A stretch of 64,000 nt of DNA from an uncultured Clostridia bacterium (GCA_947624995.1 CANQMS010000007.1:787-64786), one strand, 5' to 3'. Positions 19,132 to 27,992 are shown, counted from the first letter of the stretch. Notes: generated by a model not told the origin, from the letters alone. A program made the numbers and translations.

Positions 19132-19160
19132 TTGACAATCACGTGAACGTGTGGTATACT
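19132..19160 (+). promoter_or_regulatory. Near-consensus sigma-A promoter for hflK-hflC
   Basis: TTGACA (19132-37), 17-nt spacer, TATACT (19155-60), with extended -10 TGG. Confidence 0.7.
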
Positions 19161-19212
19161 ATTTTCAACAGGTGCGAAAAGCGCCCGATTTATCAGACTG
19201 AGAGGTCAATAT

Positions 19213-20232
19213 ATGAGAGAAAAAGACAGCTTTTTTGACAAAACGAAAAAGCACCTCGACCCCGGGAAGATCAAACGCTACGCCGTCATCGCGGTCGTCG
19301 CGGTATTCGTGATAATTCTCGCGTCGACGTGCTGGTTCACCATTGACGAGCAAGAGCAGGGCGTTATCACGACGTTCGGTCAGGTCACAGGGACGGCGGA
19401 CGCCGGAATGCACTTCAAGCTCCCGTTCGGAATACAAAAGGTGACGCCCGTCCCCGTCAACGTGTTCCGCAAGATCGAGATCGGATATAAATCGGACGGA
19501 CAGACTGATGTCTCCGTCGACGACGAGTCGAAGATGATAACGGGCGACTACAATATCATCAACATCGACTTCTTTGTCGAATATAAGATCTCCGACCCGA
19601 TAAAATATCTCTACAATTCTCTCGACGCGGACATGATCCTCAAAAATCTCGTCCAGAGCCAGCTCCGCTCCGTCGTCGGCTCGACCGACGTCGACAGTGC
19701 GCTGACGACGGGTCGTACCGAGATGCAGATACAGATCCAGGACCTTGTCACCTCGGAGCTTGAGAAATACGATATAGGTCTTGTGCTCACGAACATCTCG
19801 ATCCAGGACAGCGAGCCGCCGACGGATACGGTCACCGCAGCGTTCAAGGCGGTCGAGACGGCAAAGCAGTCCGCGGAGCGCGTCATCAACCAGGCGGAGG
19901 CATATCAAAACGAGAAAATTCCCGCAGCGCAGGCGCAGGCAGACAAGCTGCTGCAAAATGCGGAATACCTGAAGCAGAGCCGCATCAACGAGGCGAAGGA
20001 AGCCGTCGCGATGTTCAACGCGATGTACTCCGAGTACAAAAACAACCCCGAGATCACGCGCGTCCGCATGTATTATGAGGCGATATCCGAAGTGCTCCCC
20101 GGCGTCAAGCTGTATATCGACACCTCGGAGGGCGGCGTGTCAAAGCTCCTGCCGCTTGACAGCCTCGTCTCAGACGCGACGGCAGGCGTCGTTGACACAT
20201 CGAACACTACCACCACGAAGGAGGGTGAATGA
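19213..20232 (+). CDS. hflK: SPFH/band-7 protein, FtsH modulator HflK
   Basis: N-terminal TM then an SPFH domain (GVITTFGQ...GMHFKLPFGIQKV). Coiled-coil C-terminus. Paired with hflC. Confidence 0.78.
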   Translation: MREKDSFFDKTKKHLDPGKIKRYAVIAVVAVFVIILASTCWFTIDEQEQGVITTFGQVTGTADAGMHFKLPFGIQKVTPVPVNVFRKIEIGYKSDGQTDVSVDDESKMITGDYNIINIDFFVEYKISDPIKYLYNSLDADMILKNLVQSQLRSVVGSTDVDSALTTGRTEMQIQIQDLVTSELEKYDIGLVLTNISIQDSEPPTDTVTAAFKAVETAKQSAERVINQAEAYQNEKIPAAQAQADKLLQNAEYLKQSRINEAKEAVAMFNAMYSEYKNNPEITRVRMYYEAISEVLPGVKLYIDTSEGGVSKLLPLDSLVSDATAGVVDTSNTTTTKEGE

Positions 20233-21173
20233 TCATGACAAAAGGTAAGAAAATATCGCTCGTCCTGCTCGCGGTCGTCGCGGTCGCGGCAGTCGTCGTG
20301 CTCTGCAACAGCTTTTACACCGTCGCCGAGAACGAATACGCGTGCGTATTCCGCTTCTCCCGCATCGAATCAGTCACGGACGAGGCGGGACTCCACTTCA
20401 AGATCCCGTTCGTCGATGAAGTCCGCCGCTTCCCCGACACTGTGCTGCTCTATGACATCCCCCCGTCAGACGTTCTGACCTCGGACCAGAAGAGCATGAC
20501 CGTTGACAGCTACCTCACGTGGAAGATATCCGAGCCGCAGACGTTCTATCAGACGCTCGGCACGATCAGCTCCGCCGAGACGCGCCTGAACGCACTCACG
20601 TACAACGCGCTCAAGAACCTGATGGGCACGCTCGCACAGGACGACATCATCAACCGCGAGGACGCGAGCGAGCGCAACGACATATACGCCGGGATCACCG
20701 ACGAGGTCGCCGAGAATGCGAAAGTCTACGGCATCGACGTCATCGACGTCAAGATCAAGCGCTTTGACCTCCCGGGCGACAACGAACAGGCGGTCTACGA
20801 CCGCATGATCTCCGACCGCGAGCGCATCGCCGCCGAATACACGGCGAACGGCGAATATCAGGCGTCGCTCATCAGAAACGACGTCGACAAGCAGGTCAAC
20901 ATAATCATCTCCAACGCCGAGGCGGAGGCTGCCGCCATCGAGGCGGAGGGCGAGGCGGAATATATGCGCCTGCTCGCCGAAGCTTATGACAGCGACGACA
21001 AGAAGGACTTCTACGAGTTCGTCCGCGCGCTCGACGCGCTCAAGGCATCCCTCAACGGGAACGAAAAGACGATCATCCTCGGGCGTGACTCGGAGCTCGG
21101 TCGCCTTCTGCTCGGCTCCCTGCTGAGGGACGAGGGCGGCAGCACCGGCAGCACCGGCAATACCGCAGAATAA
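20229..21173 (+). CDS. hflC: SPFH/band-7 protein, FtsH modulator HflC
   Basis: N-terminal TM then an SPFH domain (GLHFKIPFVDEVRRF). ATGA overlap with hflK. An alternative ATG at 20235 is also possible. Confidence 0.78.
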   Translation: MIMTKGKKISLVLLAVVAVAAVVVLCNSFYTVAENEYACVFRFSRIESVTDEAGLHFKIPFVDEVRRFPDTVLLYDIPPSDVLTSDQKSMTVDSYLTWKISEPQTFYQTLGTISSAETRLNALTYNALKNLMGTLAQDDIINREDASERNDIYAGITDEVAENAKVYGIDVIDVKIKRFDLPGDNEQAVYDRMISDRERIAAEYTANGEYQASLIRNDVDKQVNIIISNAEAEAAAIEAEGEAEYMRLLAEAYDSDDKKDFYEFVRALDALKASLNGNEKTIILGRDSELGRLLLGSLLRDEGGSTGSTGNTAE

Positions 21174-21184
21174 AAGATCTTTCG

Positions 21185-21214
21185 GGGGAGGCGTTCGGGA
21201 AAATGCCTCCCCCG
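21185..21214 (+). terminator. Hairpin after hflC (weak terminator, poor U-tract)
   Basis: 9-bp stem gggggaggc / gcctccccc. Confidence 0.4.
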
Positions 21215-21246
21215 GTCTTATCGGGAAATTTATATCGGAGGAAAAC

Positions 21247-21630
21247 ATGGGCATCTATATCTGGACGTTTGCCGTGTCGCTGGTCGTCCCGCTCTCGATG
21301 GTCGGCTTCGGGGCATACTTCATGAAGCACGCACCGAAGGAAATCAACTATTTCTTCGGATACAGGACGCGCCGCTCGATGATGAGCCGCGACACGTGGG
21401 AGTTCGCGCACAAATACTGCGGCAGGCTCTGGCTTTATTTCGGGCTATCTATGATCCCTGCCGACCTCGGCGCGCTTGCGCTCGCCGCCTTTCTCATTCC
21501 TGGGGTGGACGGCTTTGCCGTTGCCATGGGCGTCGCCGTGTTTTTTGAGATCGCGCTTATGTTTATCCCGCTCGCCTTGACGGAGCGCGCTCTCGACCGA
21601 AATTTTGACCGGCACGGCAGAAAGAAGTAA
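21247..21630 (+). CDS. SdpI/YhfL-family membrane protein
   Basis: Four hydrophobic helices and the family motif N.FFGYRT..SM.S...W..A. Confidence 0.6.
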   Translation: MGIYIWTFAVSLVVPLSMVGFGAYFMKHAPKEINYFFGYRTRRSMMSRDTWEFAHKYCGRLWLYFGLSMIPADLGALALAAFLIPGVDGFAVAMGVAVFFEIALMFIPLALTERALDRNFDRHGRKK

Positions 21631-21664
21631 ATGCACCCGCCCCGACCGAAAAATCAACAACACC

Positions 21665-21707
21665 CGCCCGCCGCGCGCGCAAAACCGTGCGGCGGGCGTC
21701 GCTTTTT
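21665..21707 (+). terminator. Rho-independent terminator
   Basis: 10-bp GC stem cgcccgccgc / gcggcgggcg, followed by tcgc and TTTTT. Confidence 0.6.
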
Positions 21708-21930
21708 GTCTTTCGTCCGATAAAATCTCCCCTCTCTGAGCCGTTTTTGCGCGGAGACGATATTCCTCACACGGGAAATTGAACCTCGCCGACATTTCCG
21801 ACAACTCCCCGCTAATCGCGCCCCGAAACTTCCCCGCCCCGACACGTCCGCTTCGACCGCGGGCGCGCCGGGCACGGTATAAAATGTTATTCACCGCACG
21901 GAAAATAAAGCAAAGGAAGTTTATGGGAAG

Positions 21931-24339
21931 ATGAATTCGGAAAAATACGCCCGCCTCCTTGACCGCGTCAAGGAAAAAACGAACAAACTGAAAAAAGCCG
22001 TCACGGAGGCGGTCTCTGCCGTCCGCGAGCGGGACGTGCTCACCGCCGGTGATGCTGTCCCCGCGCCGCTGTGGCGGATATTAAAGCCGGCGCTCTGCAC
22101 CGTCGCCGCGTTCATGCTCGCGGGGACAAAGGTGACGTTCGGCGCCTCGCCGTTCGGCATCGCATTTTTTGCCGCCTGCGGGCAGACGATGGTTTGGGCT
22201 TACGTCGGCGCCATACTGCGCGTACTCGCCGACGGGCGTGACGTGTTGATCAGCCTCGCCGCCTACACGTTGACTCTCGTACTGCGCCTGCTCGCGGGCG
22301 CGCTGTATCCCGGGGAGGCGCGCGAGGGGAGGAGGCTGCCGGAGGGCTCGCTGCGCGTTCGAATGGCGATATCCGTCATCGGCGGCGCCGCGCTCGGCGC
22401 GTATGCCGCGATAGCGGGCGGATTTTCGCTCGCCTCGCTCGGCTGCTTTGTCCTGATGTGTACGCTCTGCCCGGCGTTAACGCTCCTATACTACGGTGCT
22501 TTGACCGAGAAAAAGGAGTCGTTTTTGCGAATCTACCGCGAGGCGGGAGAGGGCGCCGTCGCCGTTTCGCTCGCGTTCTCGCTATCTGGCATAGCCCCGC
22601 TCTCGATCGACCTCTCGGTCGTATATTCATTCCTGCTCGTCCAGTACGTATCCACTAAGCGAGGCTGGATCAAGGGCGCCGTCGTCGGGCTGTTCTGCGG
22701 GCTGTGCATGCCCGTGCCGCTCGTGCCGATATTCGCGCTTGCCGCCGTCTCGGCGGGGCTCCTTTACCGCGCGTCCGCGTATTTTGCGGTCGCGGTGTCC
22801 GTCATGGTGTCGCTCTCGTGGACCGTCTACGCCGGCGGCTACCTCAACGTGCTGTCGACGGCTCCCGGGCTGATCGTCGGCGGCGTTTTAACGGCGGCGC
22901 TCTTCGCCGCCGAGATAATAACAGTCTCCGACCGCAAAGGACGTGACGATGCGGTGCCGCATGAGGCGCTGCTCGCCGCCGAGCGCGAGCGCACGGCGGA
23001 GACGGGATCGAGGCTCTCATCCGAGGCAGACGCTTTCACCGCGCTCTCCGAAATGCTCTTCCGCCTCTCGGACAGGCTCCGCCGCCCGAGCGTCCACGAC
23101 ATACGGCAGACCGCCGAGGCGGAGAGCGCCGCGCACTGTCGGCGCTGCCGAGGGCGCGAGTTCTGTTGGACTGAGCACTCGGCGGAGCTTTCGGACGCCG
23201 TTTACAGACTCTCGGAGACTCTTTATTCATCCGGCGTCATCACGTCGGACGACGTCCCGGATGCGCTGTCCGAATACTGCCGGGACCCGGAGGCGCTGAT
23301 CGACCGAATAAATCTCGGGTACTCGGGAATGCTCGAAAACCTGATCGAGCGCGACAAAACGGAGATCATGGCGTTCGATTACGGCGCGATGTCCGCCGTT
23401 CTGCGCGACGTCATCACGCAGCGCGACGGCGAATATGAGATAAACGCGCGTCTCTCGTCCGCCCTCTCCGAGCTCTTGCGCAAAAACAGGATCAGCGCCC
23501 GCCGCGTCTGCGTCTTCGGCGAGAGACGGCGCACCGTCTTTATCTCCGACATAAGGCTCTCCGGGCTGCACATCGGAGAGGATGACCTGCGCCGCCTCGC
23601 GGAGCGCGCCTGCGGCGGCAGGTTCGGGACGCCGAGCTTCGAGCTGTCCGGCGCTTATATAAATGCGACGCTCACCGGGGCGCGCGCTTTCGACGCTGTG
23701 ATCGGCACATCTCAGTCAAAGAAGGACGAGAGCACCGCAAACGGAGACGTCGCCGTCGACTTCGAGTGCCGCGACGACCGCCGCTGCGTGCTCCTCTCGG
23801 ACGGGATGGGCAGCGGACGCGAGGCGGCGCTGACGTCCGGCATGTGCGCGCTCTTTATCGAAAAAATGATGTCCGCCGGGAACTCCGCCTCCGTGACGCT
23901 CAAAATGCTGAACTGCTTTCTGCGCGCGCGAGGCTCGGAGTGCTCCTCGACCGTCGACCTGTTCGAACTCGATCTGCTCAACGGCAAGGGCAGGTTCATA
24001 AAGTCGGGTGCCGCACCGTCATACGTCGTGCGCGGCTCAAGCGTCTATAAGATCAGCTCGCGCACGATCCCCGTCGGGATAATGAAGGCGCTCGACGCGG
24101 AGGAAACGACGGTCGACCTCTCTCCCGGCGACCTCGTCGTGCTCGTCTCGGACGGGATCACAAAGGACGACGGCGACTGCGCGTGGCTCTACTCCCTCCT
24201 TGCGGACTCCGCAGACGCCGCGGCGGAGGACACCGCCGCGGCGATCATCCGCGAGGCGGAGCGCCGGGGAGGCAGGGACGACGACGCGACCGTCTGTGCC
24301 GTCCGCATCACAAAGCCTAAGGCGGAGGAAACATTTTAA
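21931..24339 (+). CDS. spoIIE: Stage II sporulation protein E (membrane PP2C phosphatase)
   Basis: About 320 aa of multiple TM helices, a central regulatory region, and a C-terminal PP2C domain (LLSDGMGSG, VLVSDGI, DDATV). Confidence 0.87.
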   Translation: MNSEKYARLLDRVKEKTNKLKKAVTEAVSAVRERDVLTAGDAVPAPLWRILKPALCTVAAFMLAGTKVTFGASPFGIAFFAACGQTMVWAYVGAILRVLADGRDVLISLAAYTLTLVLRLLAGALYPGEAREGRRLPEGSLRVRMAISVIGGAALGAYAAIAGGFSLASLGCFVLMCTLCPALTLLYYGALTEKKESFLRIYREAGEGAVAVSLAFSLSGIAPLSIDLSVVYSFLLVQYVSTKRGWIKGAVVGLFCGLCMPVPLVPIFALAAVSAGLLYRASAYFAVAVSVMVSLSWTVYAGGYLNVLSTAPGLIVGGVLTAALFAAEIITVSDRKGRDDAVPHEALLAAERERTAETGSRLSSEADAFTALSEMLFRLSDRLRRPSVHDIRQTAEAESAAHCRRCRGREFCWTEHSAELSDAVYRLSETLYSSGVITSDDVPDALSEYCRDPEALIDRINLGYSGMLENLIERDKTEIMAFDYGAMSAVLRDVITQRDGEYEINARLSSALSELLRKNRISARRVCVFGERRRTVFISDIRLSGLHIGEDDLRRLAERACGGRFGTPSFELSGAYINATLTGARAFDAVIGTSQSKKDESTANGDVAVDFECRDDRRCVLLSDGMGSGREAALTSGMCALFIEKMMSAGNSASVTLKMLNCFLRARGSECSSTVDLFELDLLNGKGRFIKSGAAPSYVVRGSSVYKISSRTIPVGIMKALDAEETTVDLSPGDLVVLVSDGITKDDGDCAWLYSLLADSADAAAEDTAAAIIREAERRGGRDDDATVCAVRITKPKAEETF

Positions 24340-25442
24340 GCGCCCCCTCCCCGTCCGTTCCGATCCTCCCTGTTGAACACATTTATAACGCCGCGGTCGT
24401 TCAGATCGACGAGCAGCGCCGCAAGTATCGGCAAGCCGAGGAGCCCCGCAAAGCCGAAAAGCGCCGTCCCCACGAACATTGCCGCGAGTGTCGCGAGCGG
24501 ATGCAGACCGACGCCGTGACCGACGATCTTCGGCTCGATCACGTTGCGCACGAGGAAGATCACAGCGTATGAGACGGCGAGTCCCGCCGCCATGCCGTAG
24601 TTGCCGTTGACGAATATTTCGACCGCGATCCACGGCAGAAGCACGGTCCCCGTCCCGACAACGGGGAGAATATCGAACACCGCGATCAGCGCCGCGAGGA
24701 GGACGGCGCCCGGCACGCGCAGGATCATAAAAGCCAAAAGCAGCTCGCCGAACGTGACGCCCATGATGATCGCATAGGAGCGGACGTACGACAGCGCGAT
24801 CCCCCGGACCGCGAGCCTCACGTCATGCAGCTTTTCCGCCGCGGACCTAGGGAGCTGCCTTTTGATAAAATCGGATATGACGCCGTAGTCGGCGACGAAA
24901 TAGAACGACGCTATGACGGAAAAAACGATTTTTACCGCCGTCGCCGGCATCGCCATAGCGAACTCGGACACGCGCCCGACCAGAAACGCGGAGAGCTCGG
25001 ACAAAATGTCGCCGAACGAGGAGAGGGCGTCGGTCAGCCCGCTTATCATCGAGTAGAGCGACCTGTCCGGATCGTTCGGAGTCCCGGTGAGGCGCGAGAG
25101 CAGCGACCTGAGCGTCGGCTCGACGGTCGACGAATAAAACTCCGGCAGGCGACCGATCATAATCCCTGCAAAATCGACGAGCTCGGCGCAGAGGATGAAC
25201 AGAAGCGCGCCGACCGTCGAATAAAACAGGACGACGACGAGCAGAGATGCGTATTTGTGCGGCAGGTGCGTCTTCCCCGATACAGCCTCCGCGAGCGGGC
25301 GCAGCATCGCCGCAATCACGTATGCGGCGAAAAAAGGCAAGAGCAGCCCCACCGCGAATTTGAAAAAGAAGTAAATCAGCGCCGCAACACATATAAAATA
25401 CGCAAAATTTATCAAAAACCGTCTTTTGCCGTCCGCCGTCAT
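24336..25442 (-). CDS. AI-2E family transporter, probably the sporulation membrane protein YtvI
   Basis: 7-8 TM helices in a PerM/YtvI-like layout. Start set at ATG 25442 (MTADGKRRF). The stop codon interlocks with the spoIIE stop in TTAA at 24336-24339. Confidence 0.65.
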   Translation of the reverse strand: MTADGKRRFLINFAYFICVAALIYFFFKFAVGLLLPFFAAYVIAAMLRPLAEAVSGKTHLPHKYASLLVVVLFYSTVGALLFILCAELVDFAGIMIGRLPEFYSSTVEPTLRSLLSRLTGTPNDPDRSLYSMISGLTDALSSFGDILSELSAFLVGRVSEFAMAMPATAVKIVFSVIASFYFVADYGVISDFIKRQLPRSAAEKLHDVRLAVRGIALSYVRSYAIIMGVTFGELLLAFMILRVPGAVLLAALIAVFDILPVVGTGTVLLPWIAVEIFVNGNYGMAAGLAVSYAVIFLVRNVIEPKIVGHGVGLHPLATLAAMFVGTALFGFAGLLGLPILAALLVDLNDRGVINVFNREDRNGRGGGA

Positions 25443-25494
25443 AAGATCCCCCCGGGTCGATCGTTTTCTATATGATTGTTGACAGCTCCGAGAC

Positions 25495-25529
25495 AAAAAA
25501 ACGCGCGGGAGAAATTTTTTCTCCCGCGC
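25495..25529 (-). terminator. Rho-independent terminator after the NYN-domain gene
   Basis: Stem gcgcgggag / ctcccgcgc (25503-11 / 25521-29). The + strand A-run 25495-25501 gives a U-tract on the minus strand. Confidence 0.7.
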
Positions 25530-25550
25530 TCTTTATTTCGGCGCATACAT

Positions 25551-26285
25551 TTATTTTGCCGCCATTATGAAGCCGAGCTTCCCCTCGGCGGCGAGGCGGT
25601 CCCAGTCGGCGGCAACGGTCTTTACCGTCTTTCCCTTTTCGACCTCGCGCGTCTTGTGTATCACGTACCCGCCGTTGATCAGCCGTACGAGCGCCGAGCG
25701 GACGCGCTCCTGCGAGATCCCGTTCTGCCGCGCCACCGCATCTACGGTGCCGTTGAACGTCGGGATTATGGACGGATCTCCCTCGGCATAGGCGAGGTTG
25801 CGGATTATCATGCGGCAGCAGGTGACGTATGCGCTCTCGCCGGTGAGCTCGACGGAAGATGTCGCCGCGAGGCGGAGCTGACCCGAAAAGGATTCGCGTA
25901 TGCCGTAAACGATCACCTCGCGCTTCATCTTCTGCACGATATACCGCACAACAGATTGAAAATGCCCGTCCCCGGTGAAGATGATGTAGCGCCCAATGTC
26001 GCGCCGGGTAGCCGCGCACTGATAAATATAGTCGAGCATGACGAAATCGGTCATATCCTTTTTTCGCCCGCCGAACGTGTTCCCCGTCTCGATTATCGTG
26101 CTCGTTATCTCGCGCAGCTTCGAGAGCTCGCCCGCCATCTCCGGCATCGTAAAATCGCCGAAGACCATTATATCCGAAACGTCATACGATTCGTAAAGCT
26201 CGTCCCTCCAAGAGATCGGGTCCGGTCTCATGGAGAACCGGGTCTTATATGTATAGAACCAGTATTCGTAATCGACGAATACCAT
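25551..26285 (-). CDS. NYN-domain (LabA/DUF88-like) protein with a C-terminal winged-helix-like region
   Basis: MVFVDYEYW..., D..MLDY and IIFTGDGHF fit the NYN/LabA acidic motifs. Start placed at ATG 26285; its RBS is weak. Confidence 0.6.
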   Translation of the reverse strand: MVFVDYEYWFYTYKTRFSMRPDPISWRDELYESYDVSDIMVFGDFTMPEMAGELSKLREITSTIIETGNTFGGRKKDMTDFVMLDYIYQCAATRRDIGRYIIFTGDGHFQSVVRYIVQKMKREVIVYGIRESFSGQLRLAATSSVELTGESAYVTCCRMIIRNLAYAEGDPSIIPTFNGTVDAVARQNGISQERVRSALVRLINGGYVIHKTREVEKGKTVKTVAADWDRLAAEGKLGFIMAAK

Positions 26286-26527
26286 TGTCTTTTTATGTGT
26301 TTTTCCGCTTGAAAAAAATCTTCCCAAATGTCGGCTCCCGTTTATATGATGCGGGGCTCCGCCCCGTATCATATTTTACCCGACATCGGCACTTTTGTCA
26401 ACAAGCACGGAGGCGCGGAAAATTTTTTTATTATTTCCGAATTCTCACGTCCTCCGCCCGTCGCCGACAAATCGGAGCCCGCAAACATCAAAAGGCAAAA
26501 AAGCTCGCCTGCAAAATAAAATAGCAC

Positions 26528-26556
26528 TTGCATCACAGATGAAATTGTGGTACAAT
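26528..26556 (+). promoter_or_regulatory. Sigma-A promoter for tRNA-Leu
   Basis: TTGCAT (26528-33), 17-nt spacer, TACAAT (26551-56), with extended -10 TGG. Confidence 0.6.
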
Positions 26557-26568
26557 AGGCATCAACGA

Positions 26569-26652
26569 GCCGGTGTGTTGGAATTGGCAGACGAGGAGGA
26601 CTCAAAATCCTTTGCCGGCAACGGCGTGCGGGTTCAAGTCCCGCCACCGGCA
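26569..26652 (+). tRNA. tRNA-Leu (anticodon CAA), type II with long variable arm; CCA not encoded
   Basis: Acceptor GCCGGTG/CACCGGC. Anticodon stem GAGGA/TCCTT with loop CTCAAAA. Variable arm TGCCGGCAACGGCGTG. T-arm GCGGGTTCAAGTCCCGC. Discriminator A. Confidence 0.9.
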
Positions 26653-26687
26653 TAGTAAAAGCGCCCACAAGGGGCGCTTTTACTATG
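26651..26687 (+). terminator. Perfect 16-bp hairpin starting at the last acceptor base of the tRNA (probable terminator/processing structure)
   Basis: catagtaaaagcgccc / gggcgcttttactatg with a 5-nt loop. Pairing can extend outward into the tRNA 3' strand (ccgg/ccgg, then caagtc/gacttg). Confidence 0.55.
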
Positions 26688-26691
26688 CCGG

Positions 26692-26765
26692 CGGTGGTTT
26701 GACTTGAACCTCTTCGAGAACGTGGACTGAACAAACGACTACGAAAAAACATCACGTCGTTCTCG
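26692..26765. repeat. 74-bp direct repeat, copy 1
   Basis: Identical to 26813-26886. Contains an internal stem-loop cgagaacg...cgttctcg. Confidence 0.95.
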
Positions 26766-26798
26766 TGGCTGATGCGGGCTCTGCACGCATCAGCTATC

Positions 26799-26828
26799 TC
26801 AAGTCCCGCCACCGGTGGTTTGACTTGA
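26799..26828. repeat. Second copy of the tRNA-Leu 3' end (17 nt) embedded in a 30-nt imperfect palindrome
   Basis: tcaagtcccgccaccgg (26799-26815) is identical to 26634-26650 inside the tRNA. It is followed by the inverted near-copy tggtttgacttga. Confidence 0.9.
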
Positions 26829-26886
26829 ACCTCTTCGAGAACGTGGACTGAACAAACGACTACGAAAAAACATCACGTCGTTCTCG
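26813..26886. repeat. 74-bp direct repeat, copy 2
   Basis: Identical to 26692-26765; period 121 bp. Confidence 0.95.
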
Positions 26887-26940
26887 CAGCCTATAAAAAA
26901 CCTAATACAATCCCTGCCGTAAAGTTTTTTGCGGGGGAGC

Positions 26941-26978
26941 GTGAGGGGGAGCTTTTTTCCAAAAAAGCTCCCCCTCAC
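26941..26978. terminator. Bidirectional terminator (serves asnA on the minus strand)
   Basis: Perfect 18-bp inverted repeat gtgagggggagctttttt cc aaaaaagctccccctcac. Confidence 0.85.
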
Positions 26979-26990
26979 ATATAACCATAT

Positions 26991-27992
26991 TCACAAAAGC
27001 TCGATCCCCGCGACCTTGCAGGCGGCGCGGACGTCGGGCTGCCAATATGACGACTGGACCTCGCCTATATGCGCCTTGCGCAGGAAAAACATACACATGC
27101 GGCTCTGACCGATCCCGCCGCCGACCGTATACGGCAGCTCGCCCGCGAGCAGCGCGCGGTGGAACGGCAGCTCCGCCCTTTTCTCGCAGCCGGACAGCCT
27201 GAGCTGGCGCATCATCGTCTCGCCGTCGACGCGGACGCCCATGCTCGATATCTCGAACGCGCAGTCGAGCGTCGGGTCATATACGATTATATCGCCGTTC
27301 AGCGTCCAGTCGTCGTAATCGGGCGCTCTGCCGTCGTGCGGCTTGCCGTCCGCGAGGGCGCCGCCGATCCCCTCGACGAACACTGCGCCGTGCTCCCGGA
27401 CGGCACGGTACTCGCGCTCGCGCGGGGACGCTCCCGGATACATTTCAAGAAGCTCGGACGAGGTGACGAACTCTATCTCGTCCGGCAGCAGCCTGTCGAT
27501 GAACGAATACTCCGTCGCTATGTAGTTCTCGGTGTGGCGGAGCGAGCGGTAAACGCGGCGGACATAACGGTGCAGCGTTTCCCTGTTCCTGTCCTCGCGG
27601 CGGATGACGCTCTCCCAGTCCCACTGGTCGACGAACACGGAATGAAGATTGTCTGTCTCCTCGTCGCGGCGGATGGCGTTCATGTCCGTATAAAGCCCTT
27701 CGCCGACCGAAAATCCGTACTGTCCGAGCGCCATGCGCTTCCACTTTGCGAGCGAGTGAACGATCTCCATGTGCTCGCCCGTCGGCAGGAGAAAATCGAC
27801 CGGGCGCTCATATCCGTTCAGGTCGTCGTTCAGCCCGCTGCCCGCGTCCACGAACACGGGCGCGGTCACGCGCGTCAGCGAAAGCTGTATCGCAAGGTCC
27901 CGCTCGAAAAAGTCCTTTACCTTTTTTATAGCCTCCTGCGTCTGGCGCACGGTCAGCGCGCTCTTGTAGCCCTCGGGAATTATAAGTCCCAC
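26991..27992 (-). CDS. asnA: Aspartate--ammonia ligase (asparagine synthetase A)
   Basis: IIPEGYKSALTVRQTQEAI..., SLTRVTAPVFV and ISSMGVRVD are AsnA-type class II-like synthetase motifs. GTG 27992 sits 6 nt after GGAGG, and the track's upstream extension has no support. Confidence 0.87.
   Translation of the reverse strand: MGLIIPEGYKSALTVRQTQEAIKKVKDFFERDLAIQLSLTRVTAPVFVDAGSGLNDDLNGYERPVDFLLPTGEHMEIVHSLAKWKRMALGQYGFSVGEGLYTDMNAIRRDEETDNLHSVFVDQWDWESVIRREDRNRETLHRYVRRVYRSLRHTENYIATEYSFIDRLLPDEIEFVTSSELLEMYPGASPREREYRAVREHGAVFVEGIGGALADGKPHDGRAPDYDDWTLNGDIIVYDPTLDCAFEISSMGVRVDGETMMRQLRLSGCEKRAELPFHRALLAGELPYTVGGGIGQSRMCMFFLRKAHIGEVQSSYWQPDVRAACKVAGIELL

Noticed and set aside
21708-21930. Spo0A boxes (TGNCGAA) in the long spoIIE upstream region.
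   Set aside because: Only loose partial matches are present (for example ttcgacc and gccgaca). They are not enough to call without an organism-specific matrix.
24336-24339. Interlocked stop codons (TTAA) of the convergent spoIIE and ytvI-like genes.
   Set aside because: This is real but trivial. A 4-nt convergent overlap has no evident regulatory meaning.
26692-26886. Considered whether the 74-bp direct repeats form a CRISPR array.
   Set aside because: There are only two copies. The repeat is too long, the 47-bp spacer contains tRNA-derived sequence, and no cas genes are present in the window.
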